64,000 nt of DNA from assembly GCF_964355755.1 (NCBI RefSeq), contig NC_092678.1:21593365-21657364 (forward strand). Reading direction: 5' to 3'. The notes beneath the pieces were generated by a model, which was not told where the DNA came from, made no database searches, and worked only from the letters and a program-made list of their open reading frames with translations. Both the position numbers and the translations under genes were made by a program. The stretch is from Antedon mediterranea. Lineage: Eukaryota; Animalia; Echinodermata. Shown one piece after another: positions 1 through 14,505 of this stretch (its first letter is position 1; each line of letters starts with the position of its first letter).

Positions 1-857
1 ATTTGATAAATTTTTTGAACGAAATCTTAGGATAGTGTCAATTCAGACTTCTGTTGGTGGTGAGAAAGCCCAACAACTTCAAGCCTTGTGAATTGTTTTA
101 AATTTGTTGGAACAAAAATTTGGATATTGTTTAATGTGACTTCCATTGGTGGTGAAAGATCCTGAGAACATCAAGCCTTGTGAATCTAGAATACTTTTGA
201 GTATTTATTACCACTTTTGGTTCTGAAGAGTCTTCTATTTCTTGCCTTCAGGTTTGTTTCTGAATTATTTTAAATCAGGATATTAACGCTAAAAGTAAAA
301 TAATCTTTATGACAGTATTTTAGGTACCCAGTGATTTCAAATTCATTGCAATACTTTTGTTCGCATAGGCTTCTCTAATGTAAGAAAAAGTCTGGTGTCT
401 TTGACCTGAAGAGATGTATGTGAAGGTACAAACCAGCTCTTAATGTCAGTTCACACTAGTGTTCCACCATAGAGAACATCTTAACCTGCTATGATATTGA
501 CTTTGTTTTGGTACACTGTTGTTTTATTCCAACTTTATACCTAATTTAAAGCAAGATTTGGTTCCCTTATCCCAAGGGCCAATGTTTCCTAAAGCATGTA
601 ACTTGCCATTGTGGCCAAAAGCTGCCTTCACTTTCAAAAACATGTTTTACTGTATTTCCTGGTTGGGATTTAATAACATTTCCTCGTTGGTAATTTTGTT
701 AGCATATGAAAAATAACAATGCAATGTGTGGTTGATTATTCATTAATAATAGAACATACAGGTAAGTAAGTGTTAGGGAATTTTGTGTAGTTATTCTGTA
801 GATTGATAGACAATCTTGAAGAATGGTTGTTGTAGTAACCTTTGACCTAGGTATTGT

Positions 858-900
858 TATACAACAGTGTTATACAACAGTGTTATACAACAGTGTTATA
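858..900. repeat. 13-bp tandem repeat (TGTTATACAACAG x3)
   Basis: Directly visible in the sequence. Confidence 0.85.
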
Positions 901-999
901 TAATAATGAATATTAATGCTGCATTATTACACATGCGGAAAAATGGTTCAGTTTATAACAGGCTGTTTAACATGCAGAGTTTTGTTGTATCAGGTTGTG

Positions 1000-1250
1000 T
1001 AGACATGCGACCCTAAACATACCACCATTGACATGCGACTCTAGACATGTCACCCTAGACATGCCATTGTTAACATGGGGAAATTAATATGAAACCCCAA
1101 GATGTGACATCTTAGACATGGGACCCAAAACATAAAACCCTAAACATGTTACCCTAGACATGCTACCCTAGACATGCTACCCTAGACATGTCACCCTAGA
1201 CATGTCACCCTAGACATGTCACCCTACTGTAGATATGATACCCCAGATAT
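1000..1250. repeat. Degenerate 14-bp minisatellite (ACCCTAGACATGTC/GCT)
   Basis: Near-perfect copies at 1150-1225, degenerate copies on both sides. Confidence 0.85.
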
Positions 1251-2566
1251 GTCTTTTTTACACATGAAGACACTAGCTATGGAGACATGATCATCTTTTT
1301 TCTCCTATGATTTCTTACTCTATGGTTGCAGATGCCAATCGCTTGCACTCATTTCTAAAATTACAACAATAATCAATAAACTTTGTTTTATCATTTTATT
1401 GTGTACTTTTACACTTTATTACTTCACATTGTACCTACATATTAAAGGAATAATATTTGTATCAAAGTGAAACATTTATATAGGAATGATATGGTAAAGG
1501 TTAATCAAATATATTTGTCGTTCACTTCAAGATAAAAGTTATTCACGCCCCTGGTTCAAGTATAACAACATTTACAGCCAGTCTAATATTTAGGGAAGAT
1601 TAATAATACTGTAATGGTTAATCTATGTCCCCAAAAAGAGTAGTTCACACAGCGTTTATGTGTAGGGCAGCTAGCTTTATCCTATACTTGACATTAATGT
1701 GTGTTGGCAAATTCTTTATTAGCAAAACGAGAAAAAAATGTCTTCGCAAATGACAGCCATCACAATTAATCATTAATTAATTTTATTTCAATATTTTATG
1801 AGGGTGATCCATCTGGCTGAAAATGATCACACAAACACAATAGACATAAAAAACATGCAACAATTATAAATAAAAAAAATAACAAAATAAAATAATGCAC
1901 AAGATAATAAGAATCAATTAAAACAATGAATTATTACATTGATTGTGGTGAATTAGTATTATCATATTAATAATAATTATTAATAAATAGAAAAGTACTT
2001 TTGATAACCAACACAGTATATTTGATAACATCCATAAAATAATGTATTTATACTTTATACCTAAAGTTGTCCGCAACAAACTATTGCACAGTATCGGTTT
2101 CAGTATAAAAAGATTAAGATGATCGGTTTCATTGTAATTTTTAAGTTATGTGTAATTTCGTAATTTTTTTTTTTTTAATGATTAAGATGATCGGTTTTAT
2201 GTACATAATATTTTTAATGAGAGGTTTCATTTGTGTTCTATTATTATTCAAAAAGATTACATGTGTTGTTTGATTGACGACTGGCTCCCTGTCGCCAGAC
2301 AAGACAACTTTTATATTCAGATATTGTAGTACTATTGTAGTATCGGCAATTATAAAAAAAAGTTGACCTATTTTTATGGAAATTTATTGATATTATTTTC
2401 TGTATAAAAGAGCAGTTTATTCTGACAGTGACTTTGACTACTTCTGGCATAAGTTGGGATTCGACCCTAGTACCATGGGATTTGTAGGCACACATCATAA
2501 CCTGCAAGCTATAAATCCACAATCCACTGTACTGTACATTTCTTCATAGTACAAATTCCATGATCT

Positions 2567-2796
2567 TCCCAAATATGGTAGTGATATGCCCAAATATGGT
2601 AGTGATATCCCCAAATGTAGTAGTAATATCCCCAAATATGGTAGTGATATCTCTAAATATGGTAGTGATATGCCCAAATATGGTAGTGATATGCCCAAAT
2701 ATGGTAGTGATATCCCCAAATATGGTAGTGATATCCCCAAATATGGTAGTGATATCCCCAAATATGGTAGTGATATCAAAGAGTGTAGACAGAGCT
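2567..2796. mobile_element. MITE family A copy with an internal 21-bp unit expanded to about 10 copies
   Basis: (CCCAAATATGGTAGTGATATN)n followed by the family terminus GTGTAGACAGAGCT. Confidence 0.85.
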
Positions 2797-2906
2797 AATA
2801 AAGCAACACTACATTAGTATGAGAGCATTGTGATAGCATACAGAGTGCTTCCTTATATTGTTTCAACTAATTTGACCTCTTGGTTGTTTTCCTTCCTCTA
2901 TTGTAG

Positions 2907-5900
2907 GTAGACATTGAGGAGCTTCTAAACTTGGAGACCAACAGCCTTGGTGACACGTTTAGCTTCTTGGAAGCAGAACCACTTTACACAAACACAGTGA
3001 GTACTTATCATGATTAATTGAATAATTAATAGTCAAGCTTTCCCGGATAAACAGCTTTCTCTCCCCGTATCTCCAAAAGAGACGAATACATTCAATTATC
3101 TTAATATAATAGGGTTTGAAGTTTCCAAATATTTCCGGATATAATACTAATACATATTTTTGTATTATGCAGTTTATTATGTAGTTTTCCAAATATGGTC
3201 ATTATATTCCCATAAATGGCTTATTAAGTGCAGTATTGGCTTATACCTGACTATACAGTATCCAATAATGTAAAACAAAATTAGTCATAATAATTTTGTA
3301 TTATATGCCAAAAAAAGGTCATAATATTTAATACCATAAATAGGTTCATCCCAATGATTGGCTTATACCAATTATGTAAACATAAATAACTATTAATCAT
3401 CTTTTTTCCACGCTCAGTTGGTCTTTGCACCAATTTTCTAGGCCAGCCCGAAATAAGTTTTGCTTTCGTACTGTATCAGTTGGTGCCAGGGCTTTATGTC
3501 ATTTGAGGCCTGAATGGTTGTAACATCTGAAGTGCTATGTTTACACTCTTCAATCGCCCTAAATATGTTATCAGTATAAGTTGATAATAAAACAATTCCA
3601 TTATCTATGTTATGATGTTACTGCAGTATAATGCTTTTTGATATTCATTTCTGCAGTAATGCAGTTTTTATGACAAAATTATTATTTGAGGTTCTTTCTA
3701 TTAAAAAAAAATCTTCTACACCCAGACCAGGATGCTAAAATCAATGTTTAAAGTAAACTTGGTGATTTAAGAGATTTAGTGAGATTAAAGGATCAGTGGC
3801 AGAACATCTGGAAGGATAGTGGTTGGCTAATCCCATGCCATGACCTTATTCTAAAGCTAATACTCTTAATTCTCATTGGATAAATTTCCGTCAACGAATT
3901 TCCTAAACACATTTCATTCACTAAAATGTAGACTGAAATTCTTGTAGTAAAGACATAACATATTTTATATATATTAAATAATATGACATAAATTGAAATC
4001 ATCTACAGTAAATACAAAATAATTACTGTACTACAGTAATTCACACATTTTAATGCAAGTAAAGTCAGTGAAAGAAAATAAATTTTATAAATTGTTTTTA
4101 TATACTATATAATATCAATACAAAATGAAACCTCAGAACAAGTTAGTGATATAATTGATGTACAGTAACACACTGATATCTGCGCATTCATGCATCTTTG
4201 TAATATAATATAATGCTAGCTAACATAACAAATTGTATTTTATTCAGCCTTTCTGCAAACCCACCCTTGAATATTATAATCTAACATGTGTTATTATAAT
4301 TCTGACTACATACTGTCCTAATCCAAAATCAACTACAAACCAAACATATTTTCCATATTTTACCAGATGTCATCGCATTAAATAAACCATAATTATCTTC
4401 TTTTACCAGATGCCAGTATCAAACACATACCTCGAAGCACTCGGATCAAACTCTGCGTCAATGCCCGCAGCCATACCAAAGACGTCGTCTTCATGTCCGG
4501 CCGACCTGGATAAATTAAACGCAGAACCGATCGCCTTTACGGATGAACATTCACGAGTAGCATACATGAAGGAACGACAGAAGAAAGACAACCACAATAT
4601 GAGTAAGTTACATTATTATTTTGATGGTTTAATTACTGCAGTAACTTCAGTATACTGGTTAACTACTTTTTAGGTTGTCCTATAATCCCAGTTTTCTCTT
4701 TCAAAAGTTTAGAAATTTATATATTGTATGACATCATACAGTTATATCACAGTGCTATAAATATTATGATTAATAAATAAGTATTCAGCTATTAAATATA
4801 AAAAATATAATTGTCAAATCATCTTAAGTAAAGTATTTTTACCACTAGCGTATTTACTAGTATTATTTTTAATTCTGTGTTATTAAAATTACCACTAAAG
4901 TACAAAGTTGATTTCACTCATAAGTTATCCTTTGTTGTTTTACCCACTAGCCTATTTACCGCAAAATGTTTACATTTAGGTCAATATTTCTCGACATGAA
5001 TTCTTGTGAAACTGTCCGATTTATTTATTAAGATTAATTTTATTACAAGCAAAATGGGGACAGACATCTTCATGTGATGAATACCCTAGTGGCCGTATTA
5101 AAGGTTGTTTACCCCCCAAGTGATCAATGTTGGGTAATGTTTATATGCCTGTTATTGAGTGTTGTTAATGTTGATCGTTACCACGACAATCTTGTCGGAA
5201 GGGTGTCTAACAAACCTGTTAATACATTCAAATTGAGTAGCACTTCTGACAAGAAAAGTGCCGTCTAAGTGTCGAAACCTGCCACAAACGTTCAGGCGGT
5301 GGCATGCGCCTCTTCAAGCAACTAGGGCGCGGAGTCCTACGGGACTTGCCATCGGGTGAACGGCGATCCGGATTAGCTTACAGCCTTCTGGCTAATGAAT
5401 GAAGGTGTTATTACTCGTCAATTCTTTCCCTTGTAAACTCTTGTATCTTCCGTTACTCATTAACCGTGTCTAAATGGTATCTAATAAGTCCGGTTTTTTT
5501 ATTAATTGAGTTACCCTTGCTTATTTAGGCCGACGCTTTCAATTAGTCGTTGGCGTGCTTGATGGAACCCGGTTGTCTTCTCTATTTAGTGTCTGTCATG
5601 ACTCACTTGTTCCCCTTTCATGTAAACAAGGTTATGTTAAATGGGGTACAAAGACCAGACATTTAATAAATGTGCCCCTCCCAAAACTGAAAAGGCGAAG
5701 AAACTTAGTGTCACTCAACGCGATTGACCCCTACATTTCAAAGAAACCTGTGAACTTTCTACCTAATAAAATACAATAACTAAAGCTATCAAAAGTGTGA
5801 TGTGGCCAAATATGGTAGTGATATGACATCATCATATCCATATTTGGGCACATCAAATTTTTGGTCACATAAAGTAAATGGTAATACAGTGAAATCTGTA

Positions 5901-7604
5901 ATTTATTTATATTTTTTATTTCAGTTGAAAGGCGACGACGATTTAATATCAATGATAGAATCAAGGAGTTAGGCACTCTAATACCGAAACATGCTGATCC
6001 GTAAGTTGAACATTTTTAATAAATATATGAATAGTTTAAAACGGTAACTTTTATATCTTGTTCATATTCCTAATCTTTGATACATTACACTTTAGTTTAA
6101 CATTTTCCTGTAAATGTATTTTCTTTTAAAAACTTGACAAATTCATACATTAGTAGAACACTACTATTAAGGGACCCTTGTGAAAACAAACAAGGCTGCA
6201 ATATATGTTTTAACACTAAAGTCAACTTTTAATCAGAAAACGTTAAAAGGCACACTTTGTCTCGTTCCAAAGTTGTCCCCTTGATGGGTTGTGTTGTCTG
6301 TGTTTGTCTGTTCCACTCTCTTGCATCCAGAGAGTCAAGAAAAAATACCATTATGAAATCAAATATATTTTTACAAATTTGATTTATTTTATTGCAGAGA
6401 TCAAAGACAAAACAAAGGAACTATCTTGAGGTCGTCGGTAGATTACATAAAAAAATTACAAAGAGATCAAGCAAAATACAAAGAAGCAGCTGAAAGACAG
6501 AAACAATTACAAGCAGTTAATAGGAGAATGATGTTGAGAATACAGGTACGACTGCACCCCAAATACACGCGCACACACACCATTCCATGTTTATACCATT
6601 TTCTATAAGCACCCTGTTTAAAGTATGCGGTGCACCACGTACATATAGTTCTGAAAAGAACTGTTGAGTTTCTTGATGTTTCAATGCTTCAATTGCGCAA
6701 TTCTGAGGATGATCAAAGTATATTGATCGAAACGTCGAGAAACTCAACAGTTCTTTTCAGAACTATATGTATGTGGTGTACCGCACACTTTATATCCAGA
6801 TTTCGCCGTGCAAACCTTCAAACATTATATATCAACCTGATACTACTTTGTTCTACACTTAAACTATAACAATTTTGCATATGCACTGTGTTGATATAAA
6901 CGCACTTGTTATCAACATTTTCCTTAAGTATTCCATATGCACTAAATATAGTACTTCAGTAGAACCCCTCCACTGGGAAACTCCTATTATGTTTTAACAC
7001 TACAATTAATCCAGTGGACATTCCTATTCAACACTTTGTAGGATGCAGTACCTTAATACTGTTTACACTTTCTGGGGTTTGCCTCTCTTATTTAAAATTG
7101 TTTTTTCACAAACACTGTTAATTGAAAAAAAAAGAGAAATAAATGTTCTGAAATAAATATAATATTCAACACTTTGTAGGATTCAGTACCTTAATAGGGG
7201 TTTCTATTGTATTTTGTCTGTTACAAATTTCCCTAAGCACTGTGTTTCGATACTAATACGACTAAAATCACGTTCATTATTTTCAGGAGCTTGAAATGCG
7301 CTGCCAGCAACAGAGCATCCCAACTAAAGCGTTAAGCGATGACACAAAAACCGAGAACATTGCGAATGATTTTCTACGACTTCAGGAGGATCCAATGATG
7401 GACTTGAAAATAAAAACCGAACCAAATGATATGGATTTATTAAGCAATATTTTACCACCGCAGGAAATGAACGACTTTATGTCTTTCGATCTGAACGCTT
7501 CGTCGATGAATATCGAAATGGAACCTTCTCCCATAATCGCCGATCCATTGTTATCGGCGTCGAGTAGTCGTAGAAGTAGTTTAACGAGTATGGACGATCT
7601 GTAA
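2907..7604 (+). CDS. MITF: MiT/TFE-family bHLH-ZIP transcription factor (MITF/TFE3/TFEB-like), 3' part; N-terminal exons not identified in the window
   Basis: Phase-compatible GT-AG exons 2907-2996, 4410-4602, 5925-6000, 6398-6545, 7287-7604. They give [10 protein letters not shown]...[32 protein letters not shown]...[17 protein letters not shown] (diagnostic MiT basic-HLH), a zipper, an IKTE SUMO-type motif and the C-terminal SSSRRSS motif. Confidence 0.95.
6619..6791. mobile_element. Palindromic (foldback) MITE-like element in a MITF intron
   Basis: Arms of about 65 bp: TAAAGTATGCGGTGCACCAC...GAGTTTCT and its reverse complement AGAAACTC...GTGGTGTACCGCACACTTTA. Confidence 0.75.
6957..7211. 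mobile_element. Degenerate Tc1/mariner-pogo-like MITE (CAGTAGAACCCCT...AGGGGTTTCTATTG)
   Basis: CAG-starting inverted repeat. Similar relics at about 6152-6315, 25030-25150, 43176-43310, 47690-47990 and 51190-51260. Confidence 0.5.
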
Positions 7605-10600
7605 CTTGTGTTTCTTTTTCAACCCGAACTATTTTTCTTTGATCACGGATTGCGAAACTGCACTGATTTGTCTCATGGCACATGACAGCGATTTTTCACC
7701 GATTTTTTTCCGTTGATCTTTAAATTTCAAAAACATAGTATACAAAATGACTTTAAAATATCCTGCAGATTCTGTGAATATACTATTTAATAATTAGTGA
7801 ATTAGAAAATTTCGAAGACGCTAAATTTTCGTAGCCTTTATTGTTTGCTGATTTCCTGTAGCTGATTGCAACCATATTTTTCGCTGTGCAATCGTGCTTT
7901 GCTATTTTAAAATATGTGTATAAATATTCATTCGTGCAACAAATTTGTTTTGCGTCTGAGAGACAATGTGTACATAAAATAGGGAATACAGAATTTAAAA
8001 GATATTTTATTATTATATCTTTTTCAAAAATGGCAAAGTTTAGTAGATAGAAACTCAAGTCAGACAACAAAACAAGGTTGATACTGATTGTTATCTTTCT
8101 TTAATAAAAAAAAAAGAAGTTGTATAAAATTGAAGCTATATGTTTGCTAGTAATATATTAATGGGTGTACGCTGAAATGATAAGTGGTTCTATCTATGTA
8201 TTGTATTGGAAATATACAATACTGTAGTAGCAAATATGCACAAAAATTATTAAAGTTTACGAACAAATGAATGTTTTCAAGCATAGAAAAAAACTCAATC
8301 GAACTGCAGAGGAGGAAAAAAAACTGCAAAGAGGAAAAAAAATAAAAGTAGGAGGAACCAACATCATGCATTGTTATTGGTGATCATTCATGCATATCTA
8401 TATAGAAGGGCACCAATGACTTTGAATGTGAGTTTCGGTTTCTGAATTGAATTGAAAACTACTCATGCGTATGCGCATAAAAGAACATCAATAAATTAAA
8501 TTCAAGTTTTACTTTCTTATTGTTTAATCTAAAATATTTGTGTAGACCGACATTTATCAATTTTAATTATGCAAAATTCAAAATTGGTGTCTAGATTTTT
8601 GTTTGAACCATTCAAGCGAATAGTTATAATGCATAGAATTTTTTTACCTATGACCTACCCTGAAAATTATTCTGAAATTTATTTATTTAAAAAAAACATT
8701 CCACCTGCTTTTTTCAAAAATATTTTTCCAATTTCCCTTTAATTTTATTTGCAATTAAATTGACTAGAAATAGATAAAGATATTAAAAAATGGAAAAGAT
8801 GGTAACAATACCGTTTATTTCACAAGCTAAATATTTACAGTTTCCCGCAACCCCATCCCCCTTAACAATCTTATAAGCTTCTTATTTTTTGGTAACAATT
8901 TATCATGCGACTATAGCATAATTTAACTCTTTTCGATATCCATGCTTTTTTCTCATAATACTGATATTCAGTAGAATTTTTTTACAGAAAAGTTGCTTTA
9001 ACTTGGTAGCTTGGTCGACTGATATCTGTTCTAACTCCTACATGCCATTACATTTAGATTAGCATTTTAGTGTATAATTATTTTAGCATGAATCTCGAGA
9101 AATCTGAAATGTATTTTGAACGTAAAATAATCAATGTTTTACTCTTTCTTTCAAATGTAATTTGTGTTTCTTTCCGAATTCTTACGAAGAATGAAATTTG
9201 CTTGATGAGTGATTACTTTTTAAATTATATTATTAATTAATTAATTGATAATTATGTGTGTCTTTGTGTTAGGTGATTTCCTTGTAAAGGTGTTTTCTGT
9301 CGTGTTTTAAATCGTAGTTTTATATCAATATTTAATCAGTTTTTAGTAATTGGAAATTATATAATTTATATATAAATTATATATTGACAGATTGTTAAAT
9401 TATATTAAGGGCTTGGTATCCCGGATTGTTATCTATAAAATTTAATCAGAGTTGCTTGATATGAATACAGTGTATTTCATTAAAAAAAAGAACCAATAGG
9501 AGACTTAGTTTAAAGCATGTTTATCATCCACATTTTATTATAATAAACAAGAGTTGAGGCTGGTTGATTTTCCTTTACAAGTATATCGAATGTGCTATTA
9601 ACCGTGCGCAAGTAAACTGCCCTCAATGTTTATTATTGTTCCGAAAATACCGTTTTTTAATCGATTTAATTTATTCAAGAATGAAAATTTGAGAATTGAG
9701 AATTTCCTCAAATTTTATTGTAATCAAAATTGTTTTTTAAATCAATTAATATTAATTATGCACAATATACATTATCATATTTAGGCTTACTGTAGGTACC
9801 TTAAAATTATTAGGCAAGGCCATAGCGCGTTGTCTGCCTCATGCTGGCTACGGCCCTGTTAGGAGTGTTTAAACTATGATAGATAGGTTCTGCTCCTATT
9901 CAAAAAGCCTTAGAGTTGGACCTGTATATGTATTATAACAAATCCTATATGTTAGTTACACAGAGAGTTGTATTTTGAGACAAAAATTGTAAATAGTTGT
10001 AAATATATTGAAAATATGGGTATCAAATTTCCTTGACGGAAAACGAAGTAGAGTATTAAAACTCGTAAAATTAAAAAGGACTTTTTAATCGCACAGTGTG
10101 ATTCGCACTATACGTGCCGATTGGTTTAGATGTAGAAACATGCTCTGTCGTAGTGTAACCTAAAATTGGCTATAGCAATTTTAATAAGACAAATTTTATG
10201 GTTGCTATTGCTGTCAACTCTTCCGAAATTTGGGTCTCTCTCGATACTGGAAATTCCAAATATAAGAATTTGCAGTCAGAAGGGATTCCACATATAAGTC
10301 TGAAAGGTCCTAAGATGCATTCTGAGAACCAGCCTTTTTGGGCAAGTCATTTGGCTAGTACAAGGATGTCTCATTTCAGTAGAGTTCATTGTATACAATT
10401 CTGTAGAAATACAAAATTGATGGTCCAAATATATTATTTTCTACATAATGCGCAGATATTTAAAAAAAAGTTAGATTACATTGAATACTGTACATACATG
10501 ATGATAACAGAATAAAGAAATATAAAAAATTGCAATTTGTTGATTATGATTATTTTGTCAAAAAAACAAACATAAATGGACCAAGAGGCTCACAAGACAG

Positions 10601-11424
10601 TGATGTTTGTAGCCACAAGAAATAAAGTGGTGCAGTTACCTTACCAACTGTACAGGTTACTACGGCCCTGCAAGAAATGACGAAAGAAGAAGAGGAAGAC
10701 AAGAGGAAAGATGGAGAGATGAAATCACCAAATACACAAACAAAGCAACCTGGTAGAGAATGGTATATGACAGACAGAAGAAAATGGAAATTGCAAGAGG
10801 AGGGCTTAACCCAACAATGGATGAACACAGTCGGATGATATGATTATTATTAAAGCTATCAAACTTTATGTGATGTGCCCATATATAGACATGATGATGT
10901 CTTATCACTACCATATTTGGGCACATCACATTTTTTTTTGTCAAACTAGTTTGATAGTGTAGATGGTTTCTTTGTGGAATACAGTATATACAACCATTAG
11001 ACAAATGACTTATCTTTGTTAAAAACGAAACAACAAATCATCGTCCAAAAAATGATGATAAACAGTACACTGAATGAGAAGTGAACGAAAATAATCTAAA
11101 AACAAAATTTAAAATAATTCACAACTGATTTAGTCCAGGAAGTTTGTGGTAACTTCAGTTGACAGATGCACTTTTTGAGGCCACGTTTGATATCTTTATT
11201 TTCACCTTTTAATAATATCAAGGTTAGACATTTTGGAGTTATTATATCCAAGGTCTACGGACAGAAAGTCTGTACATTTAGAATATGAGGTAACCACATT
11301 ATGAAATTCAGTTAATGTTATTTTTCATGTATATGTCAAGTTTATCTCACAATTCCAAGGTCTTCTTCGTTTATATTTGCTGGTTTTGTCTGATCCATAT
11401 GTATGCTTTCCCTGTCACACCTAA

Positions 11425-11613
11425 AGGCCAATTTACATAGATGAGCAGTAGCGGTAAGCGAAAAACCGCGTAGCTTGTCACACATAGAATCTGTATCTAT
11501 CCTGAGTGGAAACCACCCGTCCGCTCCGCGTTTTGCGTTAATATAAATGGTAACATAATAACATAGATTCTATATTTTTATTACCGTTACCACTCATCTG
11601 TGTAAATTGGCCT
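11425..11613. mobile_element. MITE family C (PIF/Harbinger-like)
   Basis: AGGCCAATTTACATAGATGAG...CTCATCTGTGTAAATTGGCCT flanked by TAA on both sides; related copies at 56616-56808 and about 47790-47937. Confidence 0.85.
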
Positions 11614-12679
11614 TAAGTCCTACTTGTCTATACCCATCACTTGTTGTTTCATGTATTGTCTCAACCCTGAAGTGGGTAACCATTGACTTCCCCTTCCCTT
11701 TTATTGCATGTCTCAACCCTGTAGTACAATACTGTAAGTGGGTAACCATTGACTTCCGCTACCACACCCACTTGTCTGTACTCATCCCCTCCCTTTTATT
11801 GCATGTCTAAACCCTCGAGTGATTGAAGATATTGTAAGTGGGTAAATAACCATTGACTTCCTCTACCACACCCACTGTACCAATCCCCTCCCTTTTACTG
11901 CATGTTTCAACACCAGAGCGATAAAATACTAGTTGACTACCATTGATTTTATACAATGTTTTCAACTACTGTACTGTACCCATCCTCCCTTGTTTTTTGT
12001 TATCTCTTAATAGGGCCAAGGTTGATTAACTTTGTGGGTAGAAAATAGCATAACCTCGTCTATGAAATGTAATTAATTACCGATGGTGCTTTGACAAACA
12101 ACCTTGATATTACGTGGAGTTCAGCCAATTATTATATAACCAACATTTGGCTGTATTAAGAGGCCTTGCTCCAATTTCTTTCCCTTCTTTTATCTGTCAA
12201 AAAATGTAGAGTTTTTAGTGTAGAATAACATGCAATATAAATAAAAAACAACACATTTAAGAATATTGTACTAGACACTATTTTATTCATTCTGGATGAT
12301 AAATCACAGCATATTCATTAAGTATTAAGTTGGTCAGTAAAACAAGACTTTAGCCATTATACAGTTTAACTAGTATGGAGGTAATTGTAGGCTTATATTA
12401 TTTTGATGAAACTTGTTTATAGATTCTACTGTATTCCAAACATACATACTCTAGTAGAGAGACGATTAGGCTATGTTAGTGGCATAACACAGGGGTTCCT
12501 CTTTCTGGTTTCTTGATTTCTGTTTTCACCTAGAAAGGTTAATGTGGCCTAGTTTGTTCACTATATTTTAAAGATCAAAGATTAATTAACAGCGGTAGAG
12601 AGACGGCTGAATACAGATAGTGCGAGTGAGGTACATAGGCATGGAATGATTTTAGATTCTTATTGTTCTGTAGTATTAT

Positions 12680-14267
<1,588 letters not shown>

Positions 14268-14505
14268 TTTTGTATTTGATTTTTAACCTTTGACATTTGA
14301 ATGTAATTTTCTTCAAATTACTTAACAATAGTGAATTATTTCTTCTTATTATAATATAATTAAATAATATAATTATTTTAAATTCATAAATATTATTTAA
14401 ACGCGTTTGTTTTCTATAATATATTTTAAAATACTGTAATAAAATCTTTTGTTTTTGGGTCGTTCGATCCCGGCCCCGAAAAGGGTAGGTCAAACAAGAT
14501 GCAAT
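14268..14505. promoter_or_regulatory. Putative bidirectional promoter between KAT5 and ST7
   Basis: Start codons at 14267 (-) and 14506 (+) are only 238 bp apart and divergent. Confidence 0.75.

Noticed and set aside
2495-2817. Repetitive ORFs (LGISLPY, PNMVVIS, PKYGSDI repeats)
   Set aside because: Translations of a 21-bp unit belonging to MITE family A; open in several frames only because the unit lacks stops.
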